Assembly: GCF_000150275.1 (NCBI RefSeq)
Contig: NW_002060946.1
Coordinates: forward strand, 3,305,454 to 3,369,453
From: Trichoplax adhaerens
Lineage: Eukaryota > Animalia > Placozoa
Direction of reading: 5' to 3'
DNA: 64,000 nt
Both the position numbers and the translations under genes were made by a program. How positions within the stretch are numbered: the first letter of the stretch is position 1; each line of letters starts with the position of its first letter. A model generated the notes under the pieces. The model saw only the letters and a program-made list of their open reading frames with translations. It did not search any database and was not told where the DNA came from. Of this stretch, positions 15,045 to 26,605 are shown piece by piece.

Positions 15045-15354
15045 NNNNNNNNNNNNNNNNNNNNNNNNNNNNNNNNNNNNNNNNNNNNNNNNNNNNNNNN
15101 NNNNNNNNNNNNNNNNNNNNNNNNNNNNNNNNNNNNNNNNNNNNNNNNNNNNNNNNNNNNNNNNNNNNNNNNNNNNNNNNNNNNNNNNNNNNNNNNNNNN
15201 NNNNNNNNNNNNNNNNNNNNNNNNNNNNNNNNNNNNNNNNNNNNNNNNNNNNNNNNNNNNNNNNNNNNNNNNNNNNNNNNNNNNNNNNNNNNNNNNNNNN
15301 NNNNNNNNNNNNNNNNNNNNNNNNNNNNNNNNNNNNNNNNNNNNNNNNNNNNNN
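15045..15354. other. Assembly gap (310 N)
   Basis: Run of N. ORF-track entries crossing it are artefacts. Confidence 0.99.
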
Positions 15355-15524
15355 TCGATATACATTGGCATATTGCATTGGATTGTCCTCCCTACGCCCA
15401 TTCACATATACTGTCTATTATGATGTCGTGATTTCAGCTAATTACAATAGTTTTGCACATGAATATCCTTCAGATTTCTCCTACATACTAGAACTCTTTA
15501 AGAAAATTATTATGGTGGGCTATA

Positions 15525-16117
15525 CTTTATAACAGTAATTAGAGATCTAAATAATCATTTTTCTGTTTACTTTGTAACAGTAATTTGGGGTCTAAATAAT
15601 CATTTTGTGTCAATAATGTAATATTCTAGCTTGAAAATCAATAGAATTGGAAGACACATCCACTCGTACAGTACTTTATAACAGTAATAGGAGGTCTAAA
15701 TAATCATTTTCTGTTCACTTTATAACAGTAATAGGAGGTCTAAATAATCATTTTCTGTTCACTTTATAAGAGTAATAGGAGGTCTAAATAATCATTTTCT
15801 GTTCACTTTATAACAGTAATTAGAGGTCTAAATAATCATTTTCTGCCAACTTTATAACAATAATAGGAGGTCTAAATAATCATTTTCTGTTCACTTTATA
15901 ACAGTAATAGGAGGTCTAAATAATCATTTTCTGTTCACTTTATAACAGTAATAGGAGGTCTAAATAATCTGTTCACTTTATAACAGTAATTAGAGGTCTA
16001 AATAATCATTTTCTGTTCACTTTATAACAGTAATTGGAAGTCTAAATAATCATTTTCTGTCAATAATATTCTAGCTTCAAAATCAATACAATTGGAAGAC
16101 ACGTTGACTCGTACAGT
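15525..16117. repeat. 44-bp minisatellite (~11 units) with higher-order structure
   Basis: Unit ctttataacagtaataggaggtctaaataatcattttctgttca starts at 15674, 15718, 15762, 15806, 15850, 15894, 15938 (38-bp deleted unit), 15976 and 16020, plus 2 units from 15525. Both blocks end in the same ~55-60-bp tail (atattctagctt.aaaatcaata.aattggaagacac...ctcgtacagt). Confidence 0.95.
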
Positions 16118-16211
16118 GACGCACTGTATCCACGTTCATTGCCACGTTGACACGATCGACTGCAAGCTTTCAACAATAAATTCACTATACAGTATGTCAC
16201 ACGGACACTTG

Positions 16212-17530
16212 TACAATATGCAAAAGCCTGATTTTTTTTCCTTAATACAGTAGCGAGCGGCGTACTTTAACGAATAATGACTTGGAAATTGGACACCGTA
16301 CGCAAATTATAAGGACGGATTGGTGTTATTGGATTTCTGCTGTATAGTTTGACATGTAATTTGTTCAAGTTGTGTCTATTTTTTGCATTTTGCTTTGGTT
16401 TTAAATACGTCAAAAATTCTCGGACACTAGAAGCTGTGCTGTACAGTACACTCATTTTATTGTACTGTACCGTACTACTGTAGTACTGTAGCAGGATGAT
16501 AAGATAATAATAATAATAATAATAATATTGCGGATAAATATTAATTAAGGTTAAGGTAATAATAATGATAATAATTGAATTCAACAATCATCTTGTTACA
16601 GTAGAAGCCTATTGTATCATACACGAGTGGTGAAATGTGCTTGTAAAATCGCTTTCCGACCGCCTCCACACTACTGGCTCGCAAACGGTACCAGCGAAAA
16701 GACATGGCGGACGTTGTAGAAAGGTAAGCGGACACCCTAACATTTTTGATTCTCACTCTTTTCCCAATTGATTTTATGAGTATGAATCAGTGAAGACCTA
16801 TTGCAAAGTCAATAAGTCAATCAAAATCAATGAGTGGACTGGCCACTTTATAGCGATACTTTTGTATTTTGAACATTACAATGTTGAAAACGGTGTCTAA
16901 GGCTCACCTTGTCATGGGCGATTTTGCACCAATCAATTCAATCGAGCTTGTTCTCACTTCAAGATATCTGCTGTCATGTTTTTATTTATTTATTTACAAC
17001 ACCATCCATGTTGTTTCTCCCTTGAAATCTACTCTAATCTCTAGGTGGTCGATAGCGACTGTTTATTTTTCCATGTCTTTTTTTCTTGGCGTGTCTATTT
17101 TAACAAAGTTGAGTGGATGAGCGTTCCAAGGCCATGTTTTTTTCAACCTTTTCATCTCTTCCTTTGTTGGCCATCAACATGATTTGCCTATTTGCATAAA
17201 ACGAAAGAAAGATACTCAAAATGAACTTTCTACTATTTCATGGATGTTACAGATACTCAAATGAACTTTCTACTATTTCATGGATGTTACAGATACTCAT
17301 ATGAACTTTCTACTATTTCATGGATGGTACAGATACTCATATGAACTTTCTACTATTTCATGGATGTTACAGATACTCATATGAACTTTCTACTATTTCA
17401 TGGATGGTACAGATACTCATATGAACTTTCTACTATTTCATGGATGTTACAGATACTCCAATGAACTTTCTACTATTGCATGGATTTTAGAGTACAATCT
17501 TTGTACAGTATATCAACGTAATCATCCAAA
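16212..17530 (+). repeat. First copy of a ~1.3-kb direct repeat containing the PNP promoter region, first coding exon (16704-16723) and start of intron 1
   Basis: Colinear with 17915-19250 apart from scattered SNPs and small indels. Both copies carry gacATGGCGGACGTTGTAGAAAG|gtaagc, (AAT)n tracts and the 40-bp minisatellite. This copy ends at the 51-N gap. Confidence 0.9.
17211..17485. repeat. 40-bp minisatellite, ~6.5 units (copy 1)
   Basis: atgaactttctactatttcatggatgttacagatactcat at 17221, 17261, 17301, 17341, 17381, 17421 and a partial unit at 17461. Confidence 0.95.
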
Positions 17531-17581
17531 ANNNNNNNNNNNNNNNNNNNNNNNNNNNNNNNNNNNNNNNNNNNNNNNNNN
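17531..17581. other. Assembly gap (51 N, probably nominal size)
   Basis: Run of N. Confidence 0.99.
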
Positions 17582-18414
17582 ATAATTGAACCTCTTTTAA
17601 TGCTCAAATTGCTACAGAAAATGATTCTGAAGACTCCAAACCAATGTTATATGAGCCCCAAATGATAGCTTTCTTAAACGATTCTATCATCTACATCAGA
17701 ATGCATCATACACATAAATTATCACTATCGGAGGGATATCCTACTGTAGATACTGTAGATTACTATAGATTATACGTACAGTATACAGTTGAGATTTCCC
17801 AATTATTCCGTAACATTAGTATACAAAGAAATATCCAAAAATAGTTGGCAATTTGCCTACGTCTGTCATTCAAATGGCACTTTAAATATCAAATGACTTT
17901 CCACACACCCTCAGTACAGTATGCAAAAGCCTGATTTTTTTTCCTTAATACAGTAGCGATCGGCGTACTTTAACGAATAATGACTTGGAAATTGGACACC
18001 GTACGCAGATTATAAGGACAGATTGGTGTTATTGGATTTCTGCTGTATAGTTTGACATGTAATTTGTTCAAGTTGTGTCTATTTTTTACAATTTGCTTTG
18101 GTTTCAATACGTCAAAAATTCTCAGACACTACAGTACAGTACAGTAGAACTGTGCTGTACAGTACTGTACACTCATTTTATTGTACTGTACCGTACTACT
18201 GTAGTACTGTAGCAGGATGATAAGATAATAATAATAATAATATTGCGGATAAATATTAATTAAGGTTAAGGTAATAATAATAATAATAATAATAATTGAA
18301 TTCAACAATCATCTTGTTACAGTAGAAGCCTATTGTATCATACACGAGTGGTGAAATGTGCTTGTAAAATCGCTTTCCGAACTACTGGCTCGCAAACGGT
18401 ACCAGCGAAAAGAC

Positions 18415-21400
18415 ATGGCGGACGTTGTAGAAAGGTAAGCGGACACCCTAACATTTTTGATTCTCACTCTTTTCCCAATTGGTTTTATGAGTATGAATCA
18501 GTGAAGACCTATTGCAAAGTCAATAAGTCAATCAAAATCAATGAGTGGACTGGCCACTTTATAGCGATACTTTTGTATTTTGAACATTGCAATGTTGAAA
18601 ACGGTGTCTAAGGCTCACCTTGTCATGGGCGATTTTGCACCAATCAATTCAATCGAGCTTGTTCTCACTTCAAGATATCTACTGTCATGTTTATTTATTT
18701 ATTTACAACACCATCCATGTTGTTTCTCCCTTGAAATCTACTCTAATCTCTAGGTGGTCGATAGCGACTGTTTATTTTTCCATGTCTTTTTTTCTTGGCG
18801 TGTCTATTTGACAAAGTTGAGCGATTCTGCATGGATGAGTGTTCTAAGGCCATGTTTTTTTCAACCTTTTGATCTCTTCCGTTGTTGGCCATCAACATGA
18901 TTTGCCTATTTGCATAAAACGAAAGAAAGATACTCAAAATGAACTTTCTACTATTTCATGGATGTTACAGATACTCAAATGAGCTTTCTACTATTTCATG
19001 GATGTTACAGATACTCACATGAACTTTCTACTATTTCATGGATGTTACAGATACTCATATGAACTTTCTACTATTTCATGGATGTTACAGATACTCATAT
19101 GAACTTTCTACTATTTCATGGATGTTACAGATACTCATATGAACTTTCTACTATTTCATGGATGTTACAGATACTCCAATGAACTTTCAACTATTGCATG
19201 GATTTTAGAGTACAATCTTTGTACAGTATATCAACGTAATCATTCCAAAATAATCCTACCATCAAACGAAATAAAAATTGAGGGTTGAAACTACCCTTTA
19301 TCTTACATGATTATCGTACAATATAGCATGCACTTATTCAAAACGCATCGTGCTACTATAGAAAGGAAATTAGCATTGGAGGATAATCTCATGACATAGT
19401 CTTCATTTTAGACTGCTTCAATGCAACAGTCTACTTTTAAAATAGTTCTCTAGTCATACTTTATCCAATTCATCATTTCAGATAGGATTTATCATCATAA
19501 CGGCTAACGATCTTTCTCGCTATAAATGACTTCAAAAAATTCACATCTCAACCAAACCACATAAAACTCCTTTTCCTTTGCTTAGTATATTGAATAAACA
19601 AATTGTGCCCATTCCTACTTCTAATCATACATTGAGTTCCCCCCCCCCCAAAAAAAATGATAGTTGACGTAGGCAATTTGATGTTGTCCAATTCCTGCAC
19701 GCCTTTAATCTCAATCAGAAATCTGTCAACAAAAATACAGTTTCCCCGTCTAGCCTTTTAACTGTTATTGATTTATATAATTAGACTGTAATTGCAGAAC
19801 TAATAGGTAAATCACACCAGCTATACTAATATAGCGAGCGACTTGTCTCGATACCAGTTTCCTGCGTGACTAAATACGACCATTTAGCCTACGTTGAAAA
19901 TCGATCTTTTATCAATACTGTACCTTGTTCAATTTCCCAAGATTATAACGGACTGTGTTATCGCCTATTTCTATAAATGCTTAAGTCTACGTACACCCAA
20001 TGTGAACAAAGTTCAATACCTTAGATCACAATTACTGGTAATCACTATCGTATTAGATACTACGCAACGGAAACGCGTACGTTAATTGATTATTAGTTGC
20101 CCTACAAATCTTGCCATCGTCATACATATACCAATAGACTTAAGGATGCATAACGCTAGTGTACTGTACAAGTAAAATCCTTTCCCGTGACTGGATAAGA
20201 AGTTCATCATTTTAACTAGAAATCCAAAAGCCCACAATCTCACCCAAGTCCTTGATAGGCTCGTATACAAGCCGTATGGGCGTCACTAAATTATTGATGC
20301 ACATTCAACTTCTGTAGACTATAGCGGTTGCTTGCAATGATTGTTGGTAGATTCAAAAAATCTTCTTGTTGTCCATGTTATACAATAGATAACTACATTT
20401 CAATTCAAAAATCCAGTAAGAACTTTATCACATACTAGAATTGCTGTTAGCTTTCTTTCAAAATGTGATAGTTACTGTACTGTACTACAGTATCGTTTAA
20501 AAAAAGTCCACTATTCAAGTATACTATAGTTCAAGCTTACTGCATGTATGCAGTACATATTACATAGGTTCCAATTGGATATTCCTTAGCAATGCTTATA
20601 ATTATCTTTACAGTTACAGCTCGGTTGTAATTCGTCTTTGCTTGCTATAAATATTGTACACTGCCTTGCTGATGTAGTAATACTAGAATTTTATTAACTT
20701 TGCTGAGTTTTCGTTCTCATAATCAGTACGCGTACGAGTATATCCATGATATCACTATTGTTGTACTTTTTTAGAATTCTATCAATCAATTCAGTTATGT
20801 AGAATTTAGTTTAATTTGCCTTGTATTTATACTGTGCAAGTAACGAATGAATTATCTTGCTGAAGGTCTTCATTAAACTTTAAATATCTACACTATGATA
20901 TCTTAGAACGTCATCTTTGATCCTGTTCATATAGGCTCATTATAGTTTTTACCTTATCCTAAAGTTGTATAATAGCGACACGTTTAGTTTACCACCTTCA
21001 ATCCATCAGTAATCAAATTGGTCTTTATCATGCGGTAATTCATTATTTCGACACTGGAAATGAACGCTACTAAGTAGCTGAAATTTTCCTACAGTGTTAC
21101 ATCAGCATCAGTAATTACTGTGCAATGTTGCACACATTCTAGTATGCTAACATGACATTAAATTTATAATTATATGAGACAGTACTTTCACAAGGCATGC
21201 CTACGTTAGCCCAATCTCCTTACCACTTACATACTACACGTATTCTTCTGGCATTCCACTTACTGTACACCCAACTCTAATTTGATAATTGCTATATTAC
21301 AATTTGAAAACGACGCAATAAAATTTATTCAAATTTTGGGTGATCATTAAATTTAGCTATTCGTACGAAGATATAGAAGCTATAAGCAAGTTCTTACTAG

Positions 21401-22801
21401 AAAGATGTCGTCATCGTCCCAAAATTGGCATCATTTGTGGCTCAGGATTAGGCGGATTAGCTGATACACTACAAGAGCAAGAAGCATTTCCTTATGAAAG
21501 TATTCCAAAATTTCCAGTCTCTACAGGTATAAATACCCCTAAAATTTAGACGATATGTACAACCATTGTAATTTTTGAACCTAATATTTCATATGAAAAT
21601 CTATTACTGTCCTTTCGCAATCTCTATTAGCAGATTCTTTAGTTAAAATAAGATATTACTTGTTGGCAAGCTATGATCATTCATTACTACAGCATAATTT
21701 TCTAATGAATAATAATAATTTGCCTCATTCTATAAACATATCGGAGATTAGTTTATAAAATTCGATCCATAATGATTAGCTAATGATTTCTCTTTTAGTT
21801 AGTGGCCACAAAGGGCGATTGGTATTTGGAGTTTTGAGTGGTAAGGCTGTCGTTTGTATGCAAGGACGATTTCACATGTATGAAGGTTATTCAATGGCAA
21901 AGGTATCAATCTCGATTAGCGCTCGTCTCTACAATTATACATCATTTTTGCCTCACCTATATCTATTCAGAATACGTATTACTATGTTTTGTCAATCCTA
22001 ATTATATTTCATGCTATAGTGCGGCCAAATTCGAATAAGAGCCAGTGCTAATATTGGCTTGCGCCTATACAATAGCTGACGGAGACGTATTGCTAACTAA
22101 GATATATTCATCATCTACCTATTGACTTAGGTCACTTTGCCAGTAAGGGTAATGAAGCTACTTGGTGTTGAAACAATGTTAGTAACAAATGCTGCAGGTG
22201 GCGTTAATCAAGATTATGTCCCAGGCGACATTATGATCATAAAGGATCATATCAATTTTCCTGGATTATGCGGTAATAATCCTCTGCGAGGCCCTAACAA
22301 TGAAAAGTAGGTTTTAGCATCTAGCATTAGTTTGAAGCTGACGATATACCAGGATCACTGAAAATTTTATGACGTCTATATGAACATACTTTTATTGTAC
22401 GTATTAGATTCGGTCCACGTTTTCCAGCGATGAATGATGCCTATAATGCCAAACTTCGTGCATCTTTAAGAGCTGCTGCAAAACTGTGCGGACTCTCTGA
22501 TCATATGAAAGAAGGAGTATACGCATACCTTGGGGGACCAGCATACGAAACAGTTGCAGAATTACGATTTCTTAAAGCAATTGGTGTAGATGCTGTTGGA
22601 ATGAGTACTGCACCTGAGGTAATCGTCGCCCGTCATTGTGGCATGAAGGTGTGTGGCTTATCCTTAATATCGAACAAGGGGATTATGGAATACGATCCAT
22701 CGTTAGTGATAGACCATAGTGAAGTTCTCGAAGCAGGAAGAGTGAGAGCTGCTGATATTCAGTCATTAGTATCCAATCTTGTTAAACTTATAGATGAATA
22801 A
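18415..22801 (+). CDS. PNP: Purine nucleoside phosphorylase (trimeric eukaryotic type), ~287 aa
   Basis: Exons 18415-18434 (MADVVES; alternative first exon ATGCG|gt at 21030-21034), 21357-21526, 21799-21902, 22131-22306 and 22408-22801. All catalytic motifs are present: [52 protein letters not shown]. Confidence 0.95.
18930..19203. repeat. 40-bp minisatellite, ~6.5 units (copy 2), in PNP intron 1
   Basis: Same unit as 17221, starting at 18939 with a 40-bp period. Confidence 0.95.
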
Positions 22802-23394
22802 GAGATAAAAAATTGTTCAATCTATCTGCAAATTGTTACTAGTTTGTTTTATGGAGCACGTATCTTTAAAGCTGTGACGGCTTTCTTTCGATCAATTACA
22901 CACAAAAAACTTCACGGAATTCTTATTACGGTATAAAGAAAAGAATTGCAATACTTTTAATAATTTTAGTGTATAATTATTGTGCTGGACAATTGTTTGT
23001 AACTTGTATATGAAAATTTTTACAACGTTCGTAGATGTATACCAAAAAATTGTCACTGTGAGTAGGAACGAATTTATGCTTTAGCTTGCTAATAGTAGTT
23101 TATTAAGGATTACACTCTGCATTCATTAAGTGCCCCAAGATGACTACGGTTTTAAGTGTTGTCTTGCTTCTTTTACGTGGACTTATATAAACAATACTAA
23201 AATAAAGTTTTAATATTTGGGGATATCGCTGGGCGATAAATTATTAACTTACCTCTTTAAATATCATTATTATGATGTAGTACAAAAAGCATCATAACGC
23301 TACTACTTGAGCAATAACCAAGCTACTATTTTTAGCAAATGACGACCACAATGACCTCAGTACATTGATAGAAGAGATTCCAATTTATAGTTCG

Positions 23395-23890
23395 ATGCTT
23401 ATCTTAAAATACTTTACTCTTTTAATGATCGCATTTATTGTACTTTTATTGCAGCAGAGTACTGCTAGTTCAGTTATATTTTATGCACCAATGCTTATAT
23501 TGAAATATTTTATTCTTTCAATATAGATGATCGAATTTGTAGTGCTTATTGCAGCACGGTGTATTCCTAGTCCAATTCCATATATTATGTTACATGTTAT
23601 AAGCTATGCTTATCTTCAATACTTTATTCTTTCAACGTGGATGATCGCGATTACTATGCTTGTATTGCAGCACGACACTCCTAGTCCAATCCTACTATAC
23701 TTTATAAATGTAAGCTTACCTTCAAGTGCTTTATTCTTTCATCGTGGATGATTTTAATCACTGTACTTTTATTATGGCGGGATATTCCTAATCCAATTAT
23801 AGATTTTGTAAATGTAGGCAGACGCTTGACTTTCAATATTGTATTCTTTTAATATTGATAATAGCAATTAGCGTACTCCTAGTCCAATTC
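23395..23890. repeat. Degenerate tandem repeat, ~4.5 units of ~102-114 bp, downstream of PNP
   Basis: Recurring tttattctttca...atgatcg...tattgcagca...tcctagtccaatt, with atgat anchors at ~23425, 23527, 23641 and 23748. Confidence 0.8.
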
Positions 23891-24514
23891 TCCAATGATG
23901 CAGTCAGAGCCAACAAATTTGCTGAAAGTGATGCTGATTGTGTAAGATGATCTGTATAAGAAATGAACAACTAGAAAGAAATCTAGTATCAATTCGTATT
24001 TGAGAGACTGCAGACGATAGTACTACCCTGGAAAAGCACCAATTTGATCGTAGTCCTTCTATATTGATTAATTAATTCTAATTCGATAACCAAGGCATTT
24101 TGGCAAAGCAGCAAGTTGCTATTACTATAGTGTAGCATACTTTACTTCATGCTCTATAGAATCTCTACAAACTAGCATTATAGTCTAGAACACTATCCTA
24201 ATTACTCCATGTGATGACGTAAGTCTTCCAAAGTAGTCATTACTCTAACTAGAATGTAGATACTACACTCGGTGTTGTATAGAGTCTCTACAATCTAGAG
24301 GAATTATAGTTTGATAACTTGCTTAGTTAGCTCGACAGTCCTGTAGATTTATTTCGAGACCCAACGGATTTAATTTGATTTGATTAGGATTCATTTTAAT
24401 TTATTTATTGACAACTCGATTCCTTGAAGATCGGAAACTATAGCAAGCGTAAGTATCAACTCATTATACTATATACTACAATCTACACTACCCAAGATAT
24501 TCTGGACTACTACG

Positions 24515-24546
24515 ATCTGCATGGTATGGACACATACCATGCAGAT
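24515..24546. other. Perfect 14-bp hairpin with a 4-nt loop
   Basis: atctgcatggtatg-gaca-cataccatgcagat. Confidence 0.9.
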
Positions 24547-25801
24547 GGTGCGTGAATTGAAGAAAAGCAAAACAGGTAAAGCAAAGGGCTAAACTTGGGC
24601 CAGGAATATTACACATTTTAAGCATCGTGGCTACTCGAAGATTAGTCATTCCATCAACGTTGAGATGCTTTAATGAATGTGCCGATATCATCTACCCATT
24701 TGAACATCTTGATCTCAATTTGAACACGTATCGCAGTTTTGTTGTTCAACTTTTTTTATACCATGCGCGAAGGTGTATTTCTAGGTTAAAGTTAGGTATC
24801 GTTCTCTTAGTTTCTATCCAATGCTTCGTATCTGCAATGATTGGATCGACTTTTAGCCATGGACTACTAGAAGAAGACTTCTAGTATCATAGCTTAGCAA
24901 GTTTACTCTATTACAATGCTACTTGATGCGTGTAAAATAGGCATGGAGCTAGTACACGCTTAGTATCCACTAAAAATATTTGTTGCTTCTCCACATCTAG
25001 AATATAAAGTATAGAACATACGAGTATATCATTGCAGTGATTGACGTAATTTGACTATTTTTGCCATAATCAAGTTATCTTTCATGTGCAACTTGCGGCT
25101 GTTGTATAGCATTTGTATCCAGCTTTCAATCTTAAAAGAAGAAAAAGAAGCATCGTGCTTCAACATGCTCAACGTTATATTAAGCTATTTTACTCAACAA
25201 TATCAACAACAGCAACTACGCCATCAGTCTTATGTACCACGATAATGTATTTCCAGATTATAGTTTTTGAATCCTTCGTTCGCTTTCGCTCAATACCTAC
25301 TATATTAAACTGATTTATTGAATTAACTATATTCATATATCTATCGATACAATTTTATTGGTGTACGACACTTACATGAAGCTAATACAAGTTTAGTATT
25401 GACCAATAGTAGTTGCTATCCAATCAACACTTACGATATACATACAAGTATTAAAATTGCCATGATAAAAATAATCCTACTGTTAACTTCATCATCCTGA
25501 TTCCATTTTATCTACCGTACACAACCTTAAGAATCAAGGCAATTAATTACTCAATTACTATTATCTTTAGGGACTATTTCTCTGGTCAATTACCCGAACC
25601 AAGAACGAATCTTTGATTGACCGGTTTGGTCTGAAATTAATACTTCGATTAATTATTGGCCTTTAAAGCGGAAATTGGAATAACTTATAACGTATACATA
25701 TATCCTTCATCCATTAGTTAAATACAAAATTGTTAGGCAGAGTTTTAAATTGTAACAGGTTATTGACCAAGCTAAAGCAAGCTCTGTGACGAAAGAAGAT
25801 C

Positions 25802-26605
25802 ATGACCTGCTTTAAGATATTATATTTGACTTACCTAAGTCCTACACTACGTGCCTTTATTTACATACCATTACTTCTATTTGGTTCAATCTGGTGTGCA
25901 GCAGTTCCTCCCTTACCAAGTTACTTCTCCAACAAAAAGAATTTTATTAACGTCTATTTTGCAAAGCTATCATTTGCATGGACAGCTTCATTCTTATCAG
26001 TAGTCGTTTTGCTATCCTCGTATGTTTATACAAACTGTAATATAAAACGAGTAGCAAGGCATTGTTGTCGAATTGTAGTTGCAACTGTAGCTTGGTTTGG
26101 ATTAACATCAATCTTCGATCTTATTCGTAGTGCTACCGGAGATTGTACTATTCCAGAATATCAGGCAATTGATACCTGCTATAAACATGGTGGAAACTGG
26201 ACTGGTTTCGATACATCAGGCCACTGTTTCGTTATGACATATTTTAGCTTCTTAATATGCGAAGAAGTTCGCATATTATGTAATTGGAAAGCATTACTGG
26301 ATAAACTAGTACCCTCCAATGAGCGCAACCCAAGTGGATCTACTTTGCGAAAAAAAAATCTTATGTTTATTACATATGTTCTAGACATAGTTGGATTGGT
26401 TTCTTGCATCCTGTTAATCATTTGGGATTTTGTTCTGATATGTACGATCGCTTACCACCATACTATCTTCGAAAAATGGGCTGGTGGAGGCATCGGTATT
26501 ATCGTTTGGTTTATCACTTACAAGAAATGGTATATCATTGCTATGTCACCTACTTTACCTGGAGCAGGTCCTTACTATAGTATTTTATCTCAAATACCAA
26601 AATGA
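25802..26605 (+). CDS. FITM2: Fat storage-inducing transmembrane protein (FITM/FIT2-Scs3 family acyl-CoA diphosphatase), 267 aa, single coding exon
   Basis: PSYFSNKKNFINVYFAK...WT, GFDTSGHCF (catalytic His, cf. GFDISGHSF), ICEE and TIAYHHTIFEK (second His), with multiple transmembrane segments. Assignment to FITM2 rather than a pro-orthologue of FITM1/2 is by resemblance only. Confidence 0.92.
   Translation: MTCFKILYLTYLSPTLRAFIYIPLLLFGSIWCAAVPPLPSYFSNKKNFINVYFAKLSFAWTASFLSVVVLLSSYVYTNCNIKRVARHCCRIVVATVAWFGLTSIFDLIRSATGDCTIPEYQAIDTCYKHGGNWTGFDTSGHCFVMTYFSFLICEEVRILCNWKALLDKLVPSNERNPSGSTLRKKNLMFITYVLDIVGLVSCILLIIWDFVLICTIAYHHTIFEKWAGGGIGIIVWFITYKKWYIIAMSPTLPGAGPYYSILSQIPK

Larger units (their letters stand above)
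14793..17914. mobile_element. Long terminal-inverted-repeat DNA transposon ends (Tc1/mariner-like, TA target); either one element or two MITE copies
   Basis: 14793-15044 (TA|CAGGGTGTGTGGAAAGTCATTTG...) is a near-identical reverse complement of 17670-17911 (...CAAATGACTTTCCACACACCCT, then cag|TA). The arms are at least 250 bp and each lies next to an assembly gap. No transposase ORF is visible. Confidence 0.75.

Noticed and set aside
14871-15431. ORF-track entries spanning the N-run, including the DIHWHIAL segment as a possible HUH motif
   Set aside because: The ORFs exist only because of the gap. The HWH peptide is followed by a stop within ~20 codons and has no other Rep motifs.
16267-18937. 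Short ORFs in the duplicated unit (poly-Y/poly-I and others)
   Set aside because: They arise from (AAT)n tracts and promoter or intron sequence, are not preserved in frame between the two copies, and show no recognisable domain.
15525-19203. 44-bp and 40-bp arrays as CRISPR-like arrays
   Set aside because: Units are contiguous with no unique spacers, there are no cas genes, and the context is eukaryotic.
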